The notes under the pieces: generated by a model | What the model saw: the letters and a program-made list of their open reading frames with translations, nothing else | Told to the model about the DNA's origin: nothing | The model's database searches: none | In this document: positions 48,705-61,263 of the stretch, one piece after another | How the letters are laid out: every line of letters starts with the position of its first letter | Position numbering within the stretch: the first letter of the stretch is position 1 | Program-made: the position numbers and the translations under genes | Origin: Pristiophorus japonicus | Taxonomy: Eukaryota | Direction of reading: 5' to 3' | Assembly (NCBI RefSeq): GCF_044704955.1 | Contig: NC_091982.1 | Coordinates: forward strand, 174,344,001-174,408,000 | DNA length: 64,000 nt

Positions 48705-51700
48705 CATAGAAAATAGGTGCAGGAGTAGGCCATTCGGCCCTTCGAGCCTGCACCACCATTCAACATGACCATGCCCGATCATGCAACTTCAGTACCCCAT
48801 TCCTGTTTTCTCTCCATACCCTTTGATCCTATTAGCTGTACGGGTCACATCTAACTCCCTTTTGAATATATCTAACGAACTGGCCTCAACAACTTTCTGT
48901 GGTACAGAATTCCACAGGTTCACAATTCTCTGAGTGAAGAAGTTTCTCCTCATCTCGGTCCTAAATGGCTTACCCCTTATCCTTAGACTGTGATCCCTGG
49001 TTCTGGACTTCCCCAATATCGGGAACATTCTTCCTGCATCTAACCTGTCCAATCCTGTCAGAATTTTATATGTTTCTATGAGATCCCCTCTCATTCTTCT
49101 AAATTCCAGTGAATATAAGCCTAGTCGATCCAGTCTTTCTTCATATGTCAGTCTTGCCATCCTGGGAATCAGTCTGGTGAACCTTCGCTGCACTCCCTCA
49201 ATAGCAAGAATGTCCTTCCTCAGATTAGGAGACCAAAACTGCACACAATACTCAAGATGTGGTCTCACCAAGGTCCTGTACAACAGCACCAAAACGTCCC
49301 TGCTCCTATACTCAAATCCCCTCGCTATGAAGGCAACATGCCATTTACTTTCTTTACTGCCTGCTGTACCTGCATGCCTACTTTCAACGACTGATGTACC
49401 ATGACACCCAGGTCTCGTTGCACCTCCCCTTTTCCTAATCTGCCGCCATTCAGATAATAATCTGCCTTCCTTTTTTTGCCACCAAAGTGGATAACCTCAC
49501 ATTTATCCACATTATACTGCATCTGCCATGCATTTGCCCACTCACCAAACCTGTCCAAGTCACCTTGCAGCTTCTTAGCATCCTCCTCACAGCTCACACT
49601 GCCACCCAGCTTAGTGTCATCTGCAAACTTGGAGATGTTACATTCAATTCCTTCATCCAAATCATTAATGTATATTGTAAATAGCTGGGGTCCCAGCACT
49701 GAACTTTGCGGTACCCCACTAGTCACTGTCTGCCATTCTGAAAAAGACCCGTTTATCCCGACTCTCTGCTTCCTGTCTGCCAACCAGTTCTCTATCCACG
49801 TCAATACATTACCCCCAATACCATGTGCTTTAATTTTGCACACTAATCTCTTTTGTGTGGGACCTTGTCAAAAGCCTTTTGAAAGTCCAAATACACCACA
49901 TCCACTGGTTCTCCCTTGTCCACTCTACTAGTTACATCCTCAAAAAATTCTAGAAGATTTGTGAAGCATGATTTCCCTTTCATAAATCCATGCTGACTTG
50001 GACCGCTCCTATCACTGCTTTCAAATGTGCTGCCATTACATCTTTAATAATTGATTCCAACATTTTCCCCACTACCGATGTCAGGCTAACCGGTGTATAA
50101 TTCCCTGTTTTCTCTCTCCCTCCTTTTTTTTTAAAAAGTGGGGTTACATTAGCTACCCTCCAATCCATAGGAACTGATCCAGAGTCTATAGAATGTTGGA
50201 AAATGACCACCAATGTATCCACTATTTCTAAGGCCACTTCCTTAAGTACTCTGGGATGCAGACAATCAGGCCCTGGGGATTTATCGGCCTTCAATTCCAT
50301 CAATTTCCCTAACACAATTTCCTGCCTGATAAGGATATCCTTCAGTTCCTCCTTCTCACTAGACCCTCGATCCCCTAGTACATCCGGAAGGTTTTTTGTG
50401 TCTTCCTTCGTGAAGACAGAACCAAAGTATTTGTTCAGTTGGTCTGCCATTTCTTTGTTCCCCATTATAAATTTACCTGAGTCCGACTGCAAGGGACTTA
50501 CATTAGTCTTCACTAATCTTTTTCTCTTCACATATCTATAGAAGCTTTTGCAGTCAGTTTTTATGTTCCCAGCAAGCTTCCTCTCATACTCTATTTTCCC
50601 CCTCCTAATTAAACCCTTTGTCCTCCTCTGCTGAATTCTAAATTTCTCCCAGTCCTCAGGTTTGTTGCTTTTTCTCGCCAATTTTTATGCCTCATCCTTG
50701 GATTTAACACTATCCCTAATTCCCCTTGTTAGCCACGGTTGAGCCACCTTCCCCGTTTTATTTTTATTCCAGACAGGGATATACAATTGTTGAAGTTCAT
50801 CCACATGATCTTTAAATGTCTGCCATTGCCTATCCACCGTCAACCCTTTTTGTATCATTTGCCAGTCTATCCTAGCCAATTCACGTCTCATACCATCGAA
50901 GTTACTTTTCTTTAAGTTCAGGACCCTAGTCCCTGAATTAACTGTGTCACTCTCCATCTTAATGAAGAATTCTACCATATTATGGTCACTCTTCCCCAAG
51001 GGGCCTTGCACAACAAGATTGCCAATTTAATCCTCTCTCATTACACAAGACCCAGTCTAGGATGGCCTGCTCGCTAGTTGGTTCCTCGACATATTGGTCT
51101 AGAAAATCATCCCTTATACACTCCAGGAAATCCTCCTCCACCGTATTGCTACCCGTTTGTTTAGCCCAATCTATATGTAGATTAAAGTCACCCATGATAA
51201 CTGCTGTACCTTTATTGCATGCACCCCTAATTTCCTGTTTGATGCCACCCCTAACCTCACTACCACTGTTTGGTGGTCTGTACACAACTCCCACTAGCGT
51301 TTTCTGCTCTTTGGTGTTCCGCAGCTCTACCCATACAGATTCCCCATCATCCAAGCTAATGTCCTTCCTTACTATTGCGTTAATCTCCTCTTTAACTAGC
51401 AACGCTACCCCACCTCCTTTTCCCTTCTGTCTATCCTTCCTGAATATTGAATACCCCTGGATGTTGAGTTCCCAGCCTTGGTCACCCTGGAGCCATGTCT
51501 CCGTATTCCCAATTACATCATATCCGTTGACAGCTATCTGCGCAGTTAATTCATCTACCTTATTACGAATGCTCCTCGCATTGAGACACAGCGCCTTAGG
51601 CTTATTTTTTTAACACTCTTTGTCCTTTTAGAATTATGTTGTAATGTGGCCCTTTTTGATTTTTGCCTTAGATTTCTCTGCTCTCCACCTTTCCTTATCT

Positions 51701-52739
51701 CCTTTTTACCTTTTTGCTTCTGCCCCCATTTTACTTCCATCTGTCTCCCTGCATAGATTCCCATCCCCCTACCGTATTAGTTTAATCCCTCCCCAACAGC
51801 ACTAGCAAACACTCCCCCCAGGACATCGGTTCCGGTCCTATCCAGGTGCAGACCATCCGGTTTGTACTGGTCCCACCTGCTCCAGAACCAGTTCCAATGT
51901 CCCAGGAATTTGAATCCCTCCCTCTTGCACCATTCCTCAAGCCACGTATTCATCTTAACTATCCTGCTATTTCTACTCTGACTAGCACGTGACATGATTA
52001 CTACCTTTTTGAGGTCCTAATTTTTAATTTAACTCCTAACTCCCTATATTCAGCTTGTAGGACCTCATCCTGTTTTTCACCGATATCGTTGGTACCTACA
52101 TGCACCATGACAACTGGCTGTTCACCCTCCCCCTCCAAAATGCCTTGCAGCCGCTCCGAGACATCTTTGACCCTTGCACCAGGGAGACAACATACCATCC
52201 TGGAGTCTCGATTGCGGCCGCAGAAACGCCTATCTATTCCCCTTACAATAGAATCCCCTACAACTGTCGCTCTCCCACTTTTTTTCCTGCCCTCCTGTGC
52301 AGCAGAGCCACCCATGGCGCCATGAGCTTGGTTGCTGCTGCCTTCCCCTGATGAGTCATCTCCCCCCAACAGTACCGATAACGGTGTATCTGTTTTGGAG
52401 GGAGATGACCACAGGGGACCCCTGCACTACCTTCCTTCCACTGCTCTGCCTGATAGTCACCCATTCCCTAGCTGCCTGAGTAATCTTTACCTGCAGTGTG
52501 ACCAACTCACGAAACGTGCTATTCACGACCTCCTCAGCATCGCTGATGCTCCAGAGTGAATCCATGCGGCACTGGTCAGGAGCTGCAGTTGGACACACTT
52601 CCTGCACACATAGCAGTCAGGGACACTGGGAACGTCCCTGACTTCCCACATAGCACAGGACGAGCATGACACGCGTCTGGGCTCTCCTGCCATGACTTAG
52701 ATTAACTTAATTTGGCAGCAATGTCAAAGGTTACCTACT
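48705..52739 (-). mobile_element. Near full-length CR1 LINE (ORF1 esterase + ORF2 EN/RT), disrupted
   Basis: ORF1 from ATG 52693: CSSC..CRKC, VVGDSIVRG, HVGTNDIG, DGLHL (SGNH esterase). ORF2: APE-type (GVVYRPPN, MGDFN, SDHNMV) and RT motifs. Possible gaag TSD. Confidence 0.93.
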
Positions 52740-53264
52740 GAAGGCAGAGTGATAGGGATATGATGTGTGGCACAACAGGATGAGGTTGGGTGTGGCATTG
52801 CAGTAATGTTTCATGATCTGCTGAGATCATTGAAGGGTTTGCACCACTGCAGCCAGGTTCTCCTGCCGACAACCCCGCTTGTGCCCTCCTGTGCAATGTG
52901 CAACCAGGCTGCGTTGGTGTCCTGGGGAGGTCTCTTCCGCCCATGAGAAGGGAATAGAACCTCTCTGCATGCTGTGATTCCCTACATAAGCATATGGAGG
53001 GAGTCATTTGGAGAGCCTGGTTGCAGCCGTGCACCTCTGTGCAATGTTTGTCCGTGTTTGCAGCACCTCAGTGCTGCAGAACACTCACAACACAACTGTC
53101 ACATATATGTGGGCATGGTCACTTTAAGGATACCGGCTGTGACGCATCATCAAATGGTGTCATCAGATCCACTTCTGTTTAATTGGTCGGGAACATCGCA
53201 GAGCGGGTTTAACAAGCCCAAACCGCCTGCTGATTACCACCTACCGCTGTCCCTCAGCTGATGA

Positions 53265-55629
53265 ATCAGTACTTCTCCATGTTGAACACCACTTGGAAGA
53301 AGCACTAATAGTAGCAAGGGCACAGAATGTACTCTGGGTGAGGGACTTCAATGTTCATCGCCAAGAGTAGATCTGTAGCACCGCTACTGACCGAGCTGGC
53401 TGCGTCCTATAGGACATAGCTGTCAGACTGGACCTGCCACAGGTGGTGAGAACCAACACAAGAGAAAAACCTACATGACCGTCCTCACCAATCTACCTGT
53501 CACATGACCACAATGATGGCAGTGACCACCGCATAGTCATTGTGGAGACGAAGTCCCGTCTTCACACTGAGGACCCCCTCCGTCGTATTGTGTGGCACTA
53601 CCACTGTGTTAAATGGGATAGATTCAGAACAGATCCAGCAGCTCAAAACTGGGCATCCATGAGGTGCTGTGGGCTATCAGTAGCAGTAGAATTGTATTTC
53701 ATCACAATCTGTAACCTCATAGCCTGGCATATCTCTCAGTCTACCATTACCATAAACCAGGGGACCAACCCTGGTTCAATGAGGAGTGCAGAAGAGCGTG
53801 CCAGGAGCAGCACCGGGCGTACCTAAAAATGAGGTGCCAACCTGGGGAAGCTGTAACACAGGACTACATGCATGCTAAAAAGCGGAAGCAGTTCTGCAGT
53901 CCTGCCACACCCAGTCGTGAATGATGGTGGACCATTAAACAACTAACAGGAGGAGGAGGAGCCTCCATGAATATCCCCATCCTTGATGGTGGAGCCCAGC
54001 ACGTGAGTGCAAAAGACAAGGCTGAAGTGTCTGCAACCATCTTCAGCCAGAAGTGCCGAGTGGATGATCCCTATTGGCCTCCTCCTGAGATCCCCACCAT
54101 CACAGAAACCAGTCTTCACCAATTCGATTCACTCCACGTGATATCAAGAAACCGCTGAGCACACTGGATACAGAAAGGCAATGGGCCCCGATGACATCCT
54201 GGCTGTCGTGCTGAAGACTTGTGCTCCAGAACTAGCTGCGCCTGTAACCAAGCTGTTTCAGTACAGCTACAACACTGGCATCTATAGACAATGTGTAAAA
54301 CTGCCCAAGTGTGTCCTGTCCACAAAAAGCAGGACCAATCCAATCCGGCCAATTACCGCCCCATCAGTCTACTCTCAGTCATCAGCAAAGAGATGGAAGG
54401 TGTCATCAACATGCTATCAAGCGGTACTTGCTCACCAATAACCTGCTCACTGATGCGCAGTTTGGGTTTTGTCAGGACCACTCGGCTCCATAGAGGAGGC
54501 AAGAGTAACTGTCTTTGGCATCAAGGCAGCATTTGAACGAGTGTGGCATCAAAGAGCCAGTAAAACTGAAGTCAATGGGAATCAGGGGGAAAACTCTCCA
54601 CTGGCTGGAATCATACCTAGCACAGAGGAAGATGGTTGTGGTGGTTGGAGGTCAATCATCACAGCCCCAGGACATTGCTGCAGGAGTTCTCATGGCAGTG
54701 GCCTAGGCCCAACCATCTTCAGCTGCTTAATCAATGACCTTCCCTCCATCATAAGGTCAGAAGTGGGGATGTTCGCTGATGACTGCACGGTGTTCAGTGC
54801 CATTTGCAACTTCTCAGATAATGAAGCAGTCCATGCCCACATGCAGCAAAACCTGGATGACATTCAGGCTTGGGCTGATAAGCAGCAAGTAACATTCACG
54901 CCACACAAGTGCCAGGCAATGACTTTCTTTGTCTAACCACCGCCGTTTGATATTCAATGGCATTACCATCGCTGAATCTCCCACTATCAACATCCTGGGG
55001 TGTCACCATTGACCAGAAACTTAACTGGATCAACCACAAATACTGTGACAACAAGAGCAGGTCAGAGGCTGGATATTCTGTGGTGAGTGTCTCGCCTCTT
55101 GACTCTCCAAAGCCTTTCCACCATCTACAAGGCACATGTCAGGAGTGTGATGGAATACTCTCCACTTGCCTGGATGAGTGCAGCTCCAACAATACTCGAG
55201 ATGCTCAACACCAGCCAGGATAAAACAAGCCCCATAATTGGCACCCCATTCACTCACCACCTTAAACATTCACTCCCTCCACCACTGGTGCACCTTGGCT
55301 GCAGTGTGTACCATCTAAAAGATGCTCTGCAGCAACTCGCCAAGGCTTCTGCGCACCTCCCAATCCTGCAACCTCTACCACTTAGAAGGACAAGGACAGC
55401 AGGCATTTGGGAACACCATCACCAAATTCCCCTCCAAGTCACACACCATCCTGACTTGGAAGTATATTGTCGCTGGGTCAAAATCCTGGAACTCCCTCCC
55501 TAACAGCACTGGGGGAGTACCTCCACCACACTGACTGCAGCGGTTCAAGAAGGCGACTCACTACCACCTTCTCGGGCAATAAATGCTGGCATTGCCAGTG
55601 ACGCCCACATCCCATGAACGAAAAAAAAA
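53265..55629 (+). mobile_element. Degenerate non-LTR retrotransposon of a distinct CR1/L2-group lineage
   Basis: KAMGPDDI, PVHKKQDQSNPANYRPISLLSVISK, LGPTIFSCLINDLP...MFADD, YKAHVRSVMEY, WNSLP; aataaa plus poly(A) end. Confidence 0.85.
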
Positions 55630-56060
55630 TCTCGGGAAAGTCATGCGCGGAGTTGACATGGAGCCAGGAGCAGGGTCGCAGCCCACCCCGGACATTGCCC
55701 GTCTCCCTTCCCGGTAGGAAAAATCGAGCCCATAGTGTGAGCCCATAGAGGAAATTACTTTGTACTCGCTGGACAAAGGAAATTGAACCCAGAGGTGAAA
55801 AATGGTATGTTTATCCATCCAGTTACTGAGCTTTCATTTTTCTTTTTTTCCACTTTCTTTGTTTCCTGGTGAGCAATATTCCTCAGATACTTGAGCTTCA
55901 GCATTTCATTGTTGGAAGGCAGGAGTTTGATGGCCACTGACATTTCAATATGGCTGCAAGAAGGGATTGGCAGCTTCAATTCTTTAAGGCGTGGCAGTGG
56001 TTAGCCTTGACTTGGTTCATGTGACCAATGTTTAATGTGATTGTTATTTCTTTACTGTAG

Positions 56061-56266
56061 CGAAGTGCATTGATCATTACACAAAACTTCGAGTTGAAAA
56101 TAGAGAACTTCCTGATGGTGAGGAGAAATCCATTGACCCTCGATTAGAAGGTATTGTGAATAAGATGTTCCAACGCTGCTTTGATGACCACAAATACAAA
56201 CAGGCAATTGGCATTGCACTCGAGACTAGGCGACTTGACGTCTTTGAGAAAGTGATTCTTGAATCT
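56061..56266 (+). CDS. PSMD1: PSMD1 exon 5
   Basis: ctgtag|CG AAG TGC...GAA TCT|gtgagt; (A)KCIDHYTK...[13 protein letters not shown]...[15 protein letters not shown]; 206 nt. Confidence 0.97.
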
Positions 56267-56632
56267 GTGAGTATCTCTTATTGTAACACTGCCGTTTATG
56301 ATGTATTACACTCTTACTTCTCTCTTTCCACCACCTCTCCAAAAAGGAACATTCAAGGGTAGTTCGGTGTTGGCCTTTTATTGTTGTCATAGAATTAATG
56401 CTGTAGCTTCAGTTTTAGTCAACCCGTATTATGGAAGTTTTAAAATAATTGTTGGCGATGTCGTGTCCCTGCAATTAGTTAATACACTTTGTTTATTGCA
56501 GATGGCATGATGCCATTTTAGAAGCATTTACATTTTTCTGACAACCCCAGTTTGTTTTAATTAAATCCCATGGAAGTTATTTTTGCCGTGTGTTAAGATG
56601 CTGGTATACTTAACGCTCCTATTTCTTCACAG

Positions 56633-56776
56633 AATGATATCTCTGGGATGCTTGCATACAGTGTGAAAGTGTGCATGTCACTGATGCAGAATAAGCAATT
56701 TCGAAATGAAGTCCTGCGTGTTCTGGTCAAACTCTATATGAATCTGGAAAAACCAGATTTCATTAATGTGTGTCAG
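56633..56776 (+). CDS. PSMD1: PSMD1 exon 6
   Basis: cttcacag|AAT...CAG|gtaata; [48 protein letters not shown]; 144 nt. Confidence 0.97.
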
Positions 56777-57870
56777 GTAATACCATTTTAACCATATATC
56801 TATATAATAAGTCTTGCGTATGGTGCACAATTCCTGTCCACAAACCTTACTTTTGTAAGATTTTTGAGTAATGCTTTTATAGTAACATTTATAATTGAAA
56901 CTAACCTGTGCAAACAATTGCTGTCATGATGCAGTTGCAGACTTTCCACCACTGATGGCGCTATGGCACCTCCCTATTCATGTCCCCATTGTTTGGCCTT
57001 GGGCTGTTCCTGTACCAATCTCTCCTCTCTGCCCTGTTGCCCCTTCTTGTAGCCCCCACAGCGATTTTTTTTCCAGAGCACTTGCTGTGATGCCAGCTAT
57101 TAAAATCAGTTTTTGATGTCACCTGCCTCAGCTGTCCTGGTCTGACCCGTTCTGGCACCCCAGGCATTTCATTTTTGTTTTGGCCCGCCTGTCCTGGTCA
57201 ACAAGGATTAGATGGAAGGCAGAGAGACAAATGAGGGAGAAGGAACGTGGGTAAGAGATTGCAAAGAGAGAGGATGTGGAGAAAAATTGGGTGTACGGTA
57301 TGATTAAAAGTCTTGCATGTGATGCACACTTCCTGTCAAACCTTGCTTCCTTTTGGCACGATTTTCTGTCACCCCTTTTATGTCAACTTTTTATAATGGT
57401 AAAGCCCTATCTGTGTTTTATGATTATATCATTTTCAGATAACTTTTTAATGGGAAAAGCCCATCTGCCTGTTGTGCTCTAGTTGGAGGCATGCTGTGCA
57501 ACCAGCGCCACCTGGTGGTTAAGTCTGACCACCATTTTGTTTTTAAACTTTCTTTTCCCTGATCATGCTGACATGCATGGTGTTCTTGGCAAATGTTCAG
57601 TGCAGAGAAGATACATATTTGCAAATTTTAAGTTATTGTAGATGTAAATTTGCACTAAAGAGAGGTAGTATTGAGAATTCAGACTGTTAATTTTATTACA
57701 CCTAAAATCATAACTAAAAATTGGTAAGCGTTTTCCCTGCAGTGCTGAGTTTGAGTATGTTTTAAATGCTAGCAGGTGGCACAGTTGTGCTACTACATAT
57801 TTTGCTGAATTGGACCAGTAATTGAGATTACAGAAATGTCCTAGGCTGTCGCAGATGGGATTTGATCTGA

Positions 57871-58119
<249 letters not shown>

Positions 58120-59145
58120 TAAAGTTGCTGTACACAAATTCATAGAGGATACAAGTTTAATTGTATTTACTGGTAATTGGCTATACATTGATAAACTTGT
58201 AGTGATTGTTCAGTAACAATGTTGATATGCATATAGCATGACAAACACTTGAAAGTCCTCCTTTGGCTCCAAAAATATAGTAATGACTAAAAGACCGTCA
58301 CCTCTTCCAGCTATATTTTCTTTTTGCTAACTTTAGTGAAAAGGCAGAGTTATCTGCAGAAATACCCAATCTGCCTTTGTTTCAGGAAACTGCTTTAAAA
58401 TACACTGCATATCATGTATGCAACAGAAAGGTAACATCTTTGTACCTTTGTTAACTAAACTCTGCTAAGGCAATGACACTACATTTAGCCTAATAACATT
58501 TTTCCACGTATCAACATCTGACCAATGTTTCCGTTAAGCTACTTGGGATCTCCCGCTTTTCAATGTGAGAAACCGCGCACGTGTGGTATTTGGAATGGGC
58601 CACGTACCCCCCAAAAAATAAGAAGGAACATTGCATCTGACATCTGTGATTTCAGACCTGTCAATGTGGGGGCATTTAACAACTGTTGAAATAGCTAATG
58701 AGTAACGAGTGACATCCCCAAAAGAAGATATTCTGGTCTTGTGCATAGTGAAAGGACAATTGTTGGGCTATAGAGAGAATGGGTTAGGACATACATTCAG
58801 GATTTGGAGGCTATTGCCTCTGCAGTGTTCTTGGAGATGTTGTACAGTAGCCTGCGTATCACTGTATTGCATATAAGTGTAGTGACTGTTGTCCTACACA
58901 AATGTTGTAGATACGTTTTGAGGTTGTATCATTTGTATTGTATTGGAATATGCAATAGAGAAGTGTGTTCTGATTATTTTTCTGTCTATATTCTGTTCAA
59001 TGCAAAAAGATAAAATTTGGCTTAATGGTAGCACTCTTGCCTCCTAAGTGGGAAAAGTTGTGATTTTAAACCCTGCTTCAGGACTTGAGCACATCATCTT
59101 CCTGTAGCTATATAATTTGTTGTTTAACACTCCTCTCTAGAAGTA

Positions 59146-59766
59146 CATCATCATAAGCGGTCCCTTGAACGAGGATGACTTGCTTCCATATGAGTTCACA
59201 GATGTTTCAATGAAGGACCTGATGTTCCAGTCCTGAACTCCAGTTGAGGGGGTGGAAGATGCCTGTGCGTGGATTTTAACATGTGATGACTGTTGCACAT
59301 CAGCCACCACACGGGCTTGACAGAGCTAGGCCTTTATCCAGTGGCAAGGGTTAACCAGGACGACTGGAGACCTGTTCTGCTGCACGGTCCTAGTGCGCGC
59401 GCACATCGCAGTGTGGGCAGGCCCGTGCTGCCCCTGGGCCCTCTGCTCTTCTGGGCTCCGTACCCACATTTGCCGCACCTCCGCCACGAACTATCACCGT
59501 TTCTCTGCCACGATTTCTCATCGCTCCTCCGCCCTGATCACTCATCGCAAGTCCGCCATGACTTTCCCACTCCTCTGCTGTACCAGGGCCCCGCCGATGT
59601 CCCTGCCCACGCTCCAAACGGCGACCCGAGTCCTGATGATGTCACCCACTTCGAAGCTGTCGCACATTTGTTTCAGCTCGCGCTGGAAGCTGCAGTGGCA
59701 TGCTCCAGCTCTTTTTGATGCCCCGACCTGCGGAGGTGTTCTCACACAGGTCGGGGTGGCCCACGA
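59146..59766 (-). mobile_element. RTE-tailed non-autonomous element (SINE-like), TSD-bounded
   Basis: (cat)n tail and RTE-like 3' end, no RT-coding sequence; TSD tctagaagta on both sides. Confidence 0.75.
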
Positions 59767-60101
59767 TCTAGAAGTACAAGTATCTAGTAGAAGTATCAGT
59801 ATTTTAATATAGCGTAATGTTAAAAAGATGAAAAATTGTGTAGGTGTTGGGTGTATCGGAGCATGTTACTTTTTATATCCCTTCATCTATACTTGACTGT
59901 ACATAGAAATAGTAGTCCATAGCGGAAACCCAGAGATGAAAATTCAAGGCTGTTGCTTCCCTTTATAGCTGAGCTTTGAACATAGAATGAAGCTTACGAA
60001 GAAGAGAGATTGTTTCAACTTAAGTAGATTTTTAAAAAAAATTAATGATCAAGCTGCTAATATTTCTCTGTGTGAACTAATATTTTGAATTCTATCTCCA
60101 G

Positions 60102-60168
60102 TGAAGCTATGGAGACGGAGGAAAAATTGGGAAGCTCACCAGTCGCATCCATGAAACCAACAGAATTG
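60102..60168 (+). CDS. PSMD1: PSMD1 exon 8
   Basis: ctccag|T GAA GCT ATG GAG ACG GAG GAA AAA...TTG|gtgaga; (S)EAMETEEKLGSSPVASMKPTEL; the phase joins exons 7 and 9. Confidence 0.88.
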
Positions 60169-60762
60169 GTGAGAGAATAAAGAAGACTACTGTTTTTTTT
60201 TTCCCTCACCCCTTCCCTTCTGTTTACCCATTGTGGAATCTTGTTCTGCATATGATTTCTCCTATCAAGATGATTTGTCTGAGGTCTCATGCAGTGCCAT
60301 TTTGTAGCAAGCTGCTGGGTGATGCACAGTAGTCACTTAGAATCACTGGCTTTCTGTTTTTGCCTAAAGAGAAAGGACAATTGCTTGGTGTCATGTTTCA
60401 GGATATTTTGATCATTTTTCCAAACAAAGGATTTGAAAATTAGTTACTTTTTAATGTTTCTTTCAGTGAAGTATATTCATGTTTTTCTTTTTATATAAAA
60501 AAAACACCGAGATGAAAGGGTTTATTATGCCAAATGGGGATTGTTTCCTTCAGAGACTAATCAAACAATTTGTTAGCTTGTCTGAATAATCAAGCAACAC
60601 CTCACACCAGTTGTGTTTGAAATTCCTCTCGTCCCTGTCTGTGCCTGCATCTCTTTTTTAAAAAAAAATAAAAAAAATATCTGAAATGAAGGCTGCAAAG
60701 GCAATCATGTTTGTTAAGGGAAAGCTGCAAGCGATCTTGCTGAGATAAAAAGGGTAGAAATA

Positions 60763-61254
60763 CAGGTGCTGTGCCTAAAATTTGGGACAGAGGCCATTCC
60801 GGATTTCGGGCTTTCCCGGACTTTCGATTTGTTTTCTGACGTCACGATTCCGGAAACACCCGAGCCAGATTCGGGTATTTTTGGATTTTGGAATGTCAGA
60901 AAAAGGTGGTGGGGGAGGTGGGGATTCTCACCGAAGAGCTGTTCTGGCCGTTCGGCTCCTCCAAGCAGGTTGTCGTTGGGCGGGCCTCACCGAGGAAGAT
61001 GAGGTCGGGCGGGCTGACCCTGCCAAGGAAGATGTCGTCAGGCGGGCCCCGCCATGGTAATGTTTGGGTAGGCCGGCCCCGCCAAGGTTGTGTTCGGGCA
61101 GGCCGCTGAGGAGGCCCCGAGGTAAGGACAGCGGCGGGGTCCTGAGGTCGGCAGGGTCGTCTGGTCCGGATTCCAGAACATTTTACGGATTCCAGACGAC
61201 CCTGCCACCGATCAGTCCGGAATCTGGATCTCCGGATTCTCGATGCTGCACCTG
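60763..61254. mobile_element. TA-TSD MITE, reversed sibling of 45119-45639
   Basis: TA|caggtgc...tgcacctg|TA; same tccgga and GC-rich internal repeats in the opposite orientation. Confidence 0.8.
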
Positions 61255-61263
61255 TACTGGAGG

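Larger units (their letters stand above)
47845..55731. mobile_element. Heavily decayed Harbinger element hosting two LINE insertions
   Basis: Candidate TIRs aggctggaatttt / aaaatcgagccc; Myb-like remnant on - at ~52800-52990 (WLQWCKPFNDLSRS); L2-like sequence appears to resume after 55731. Confidence 0.5.

Noticed and set aside
23139-51613. Many recurrent + strand ORFs (MRSPL...SSEYKPSRSS, PPKWITSHLSTLYC)
   Set aside because: They are antisense shadows of CR1 ORF2 and recur only because the CR1 copies recur.
51777-52369. SGNH/GDSL esterase that could be read as a captured host gene
   Set aside because: An esterase domain is the known ORF1 of many CR1 LINEs and sits in the normal position here.
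60960-61125. Short GC-rich repeats that might suggest a CRISPR-like array
   Set aside because: Degenerate tandem units without unique spacers, inside a eukaryotic MITE; no cas genes.
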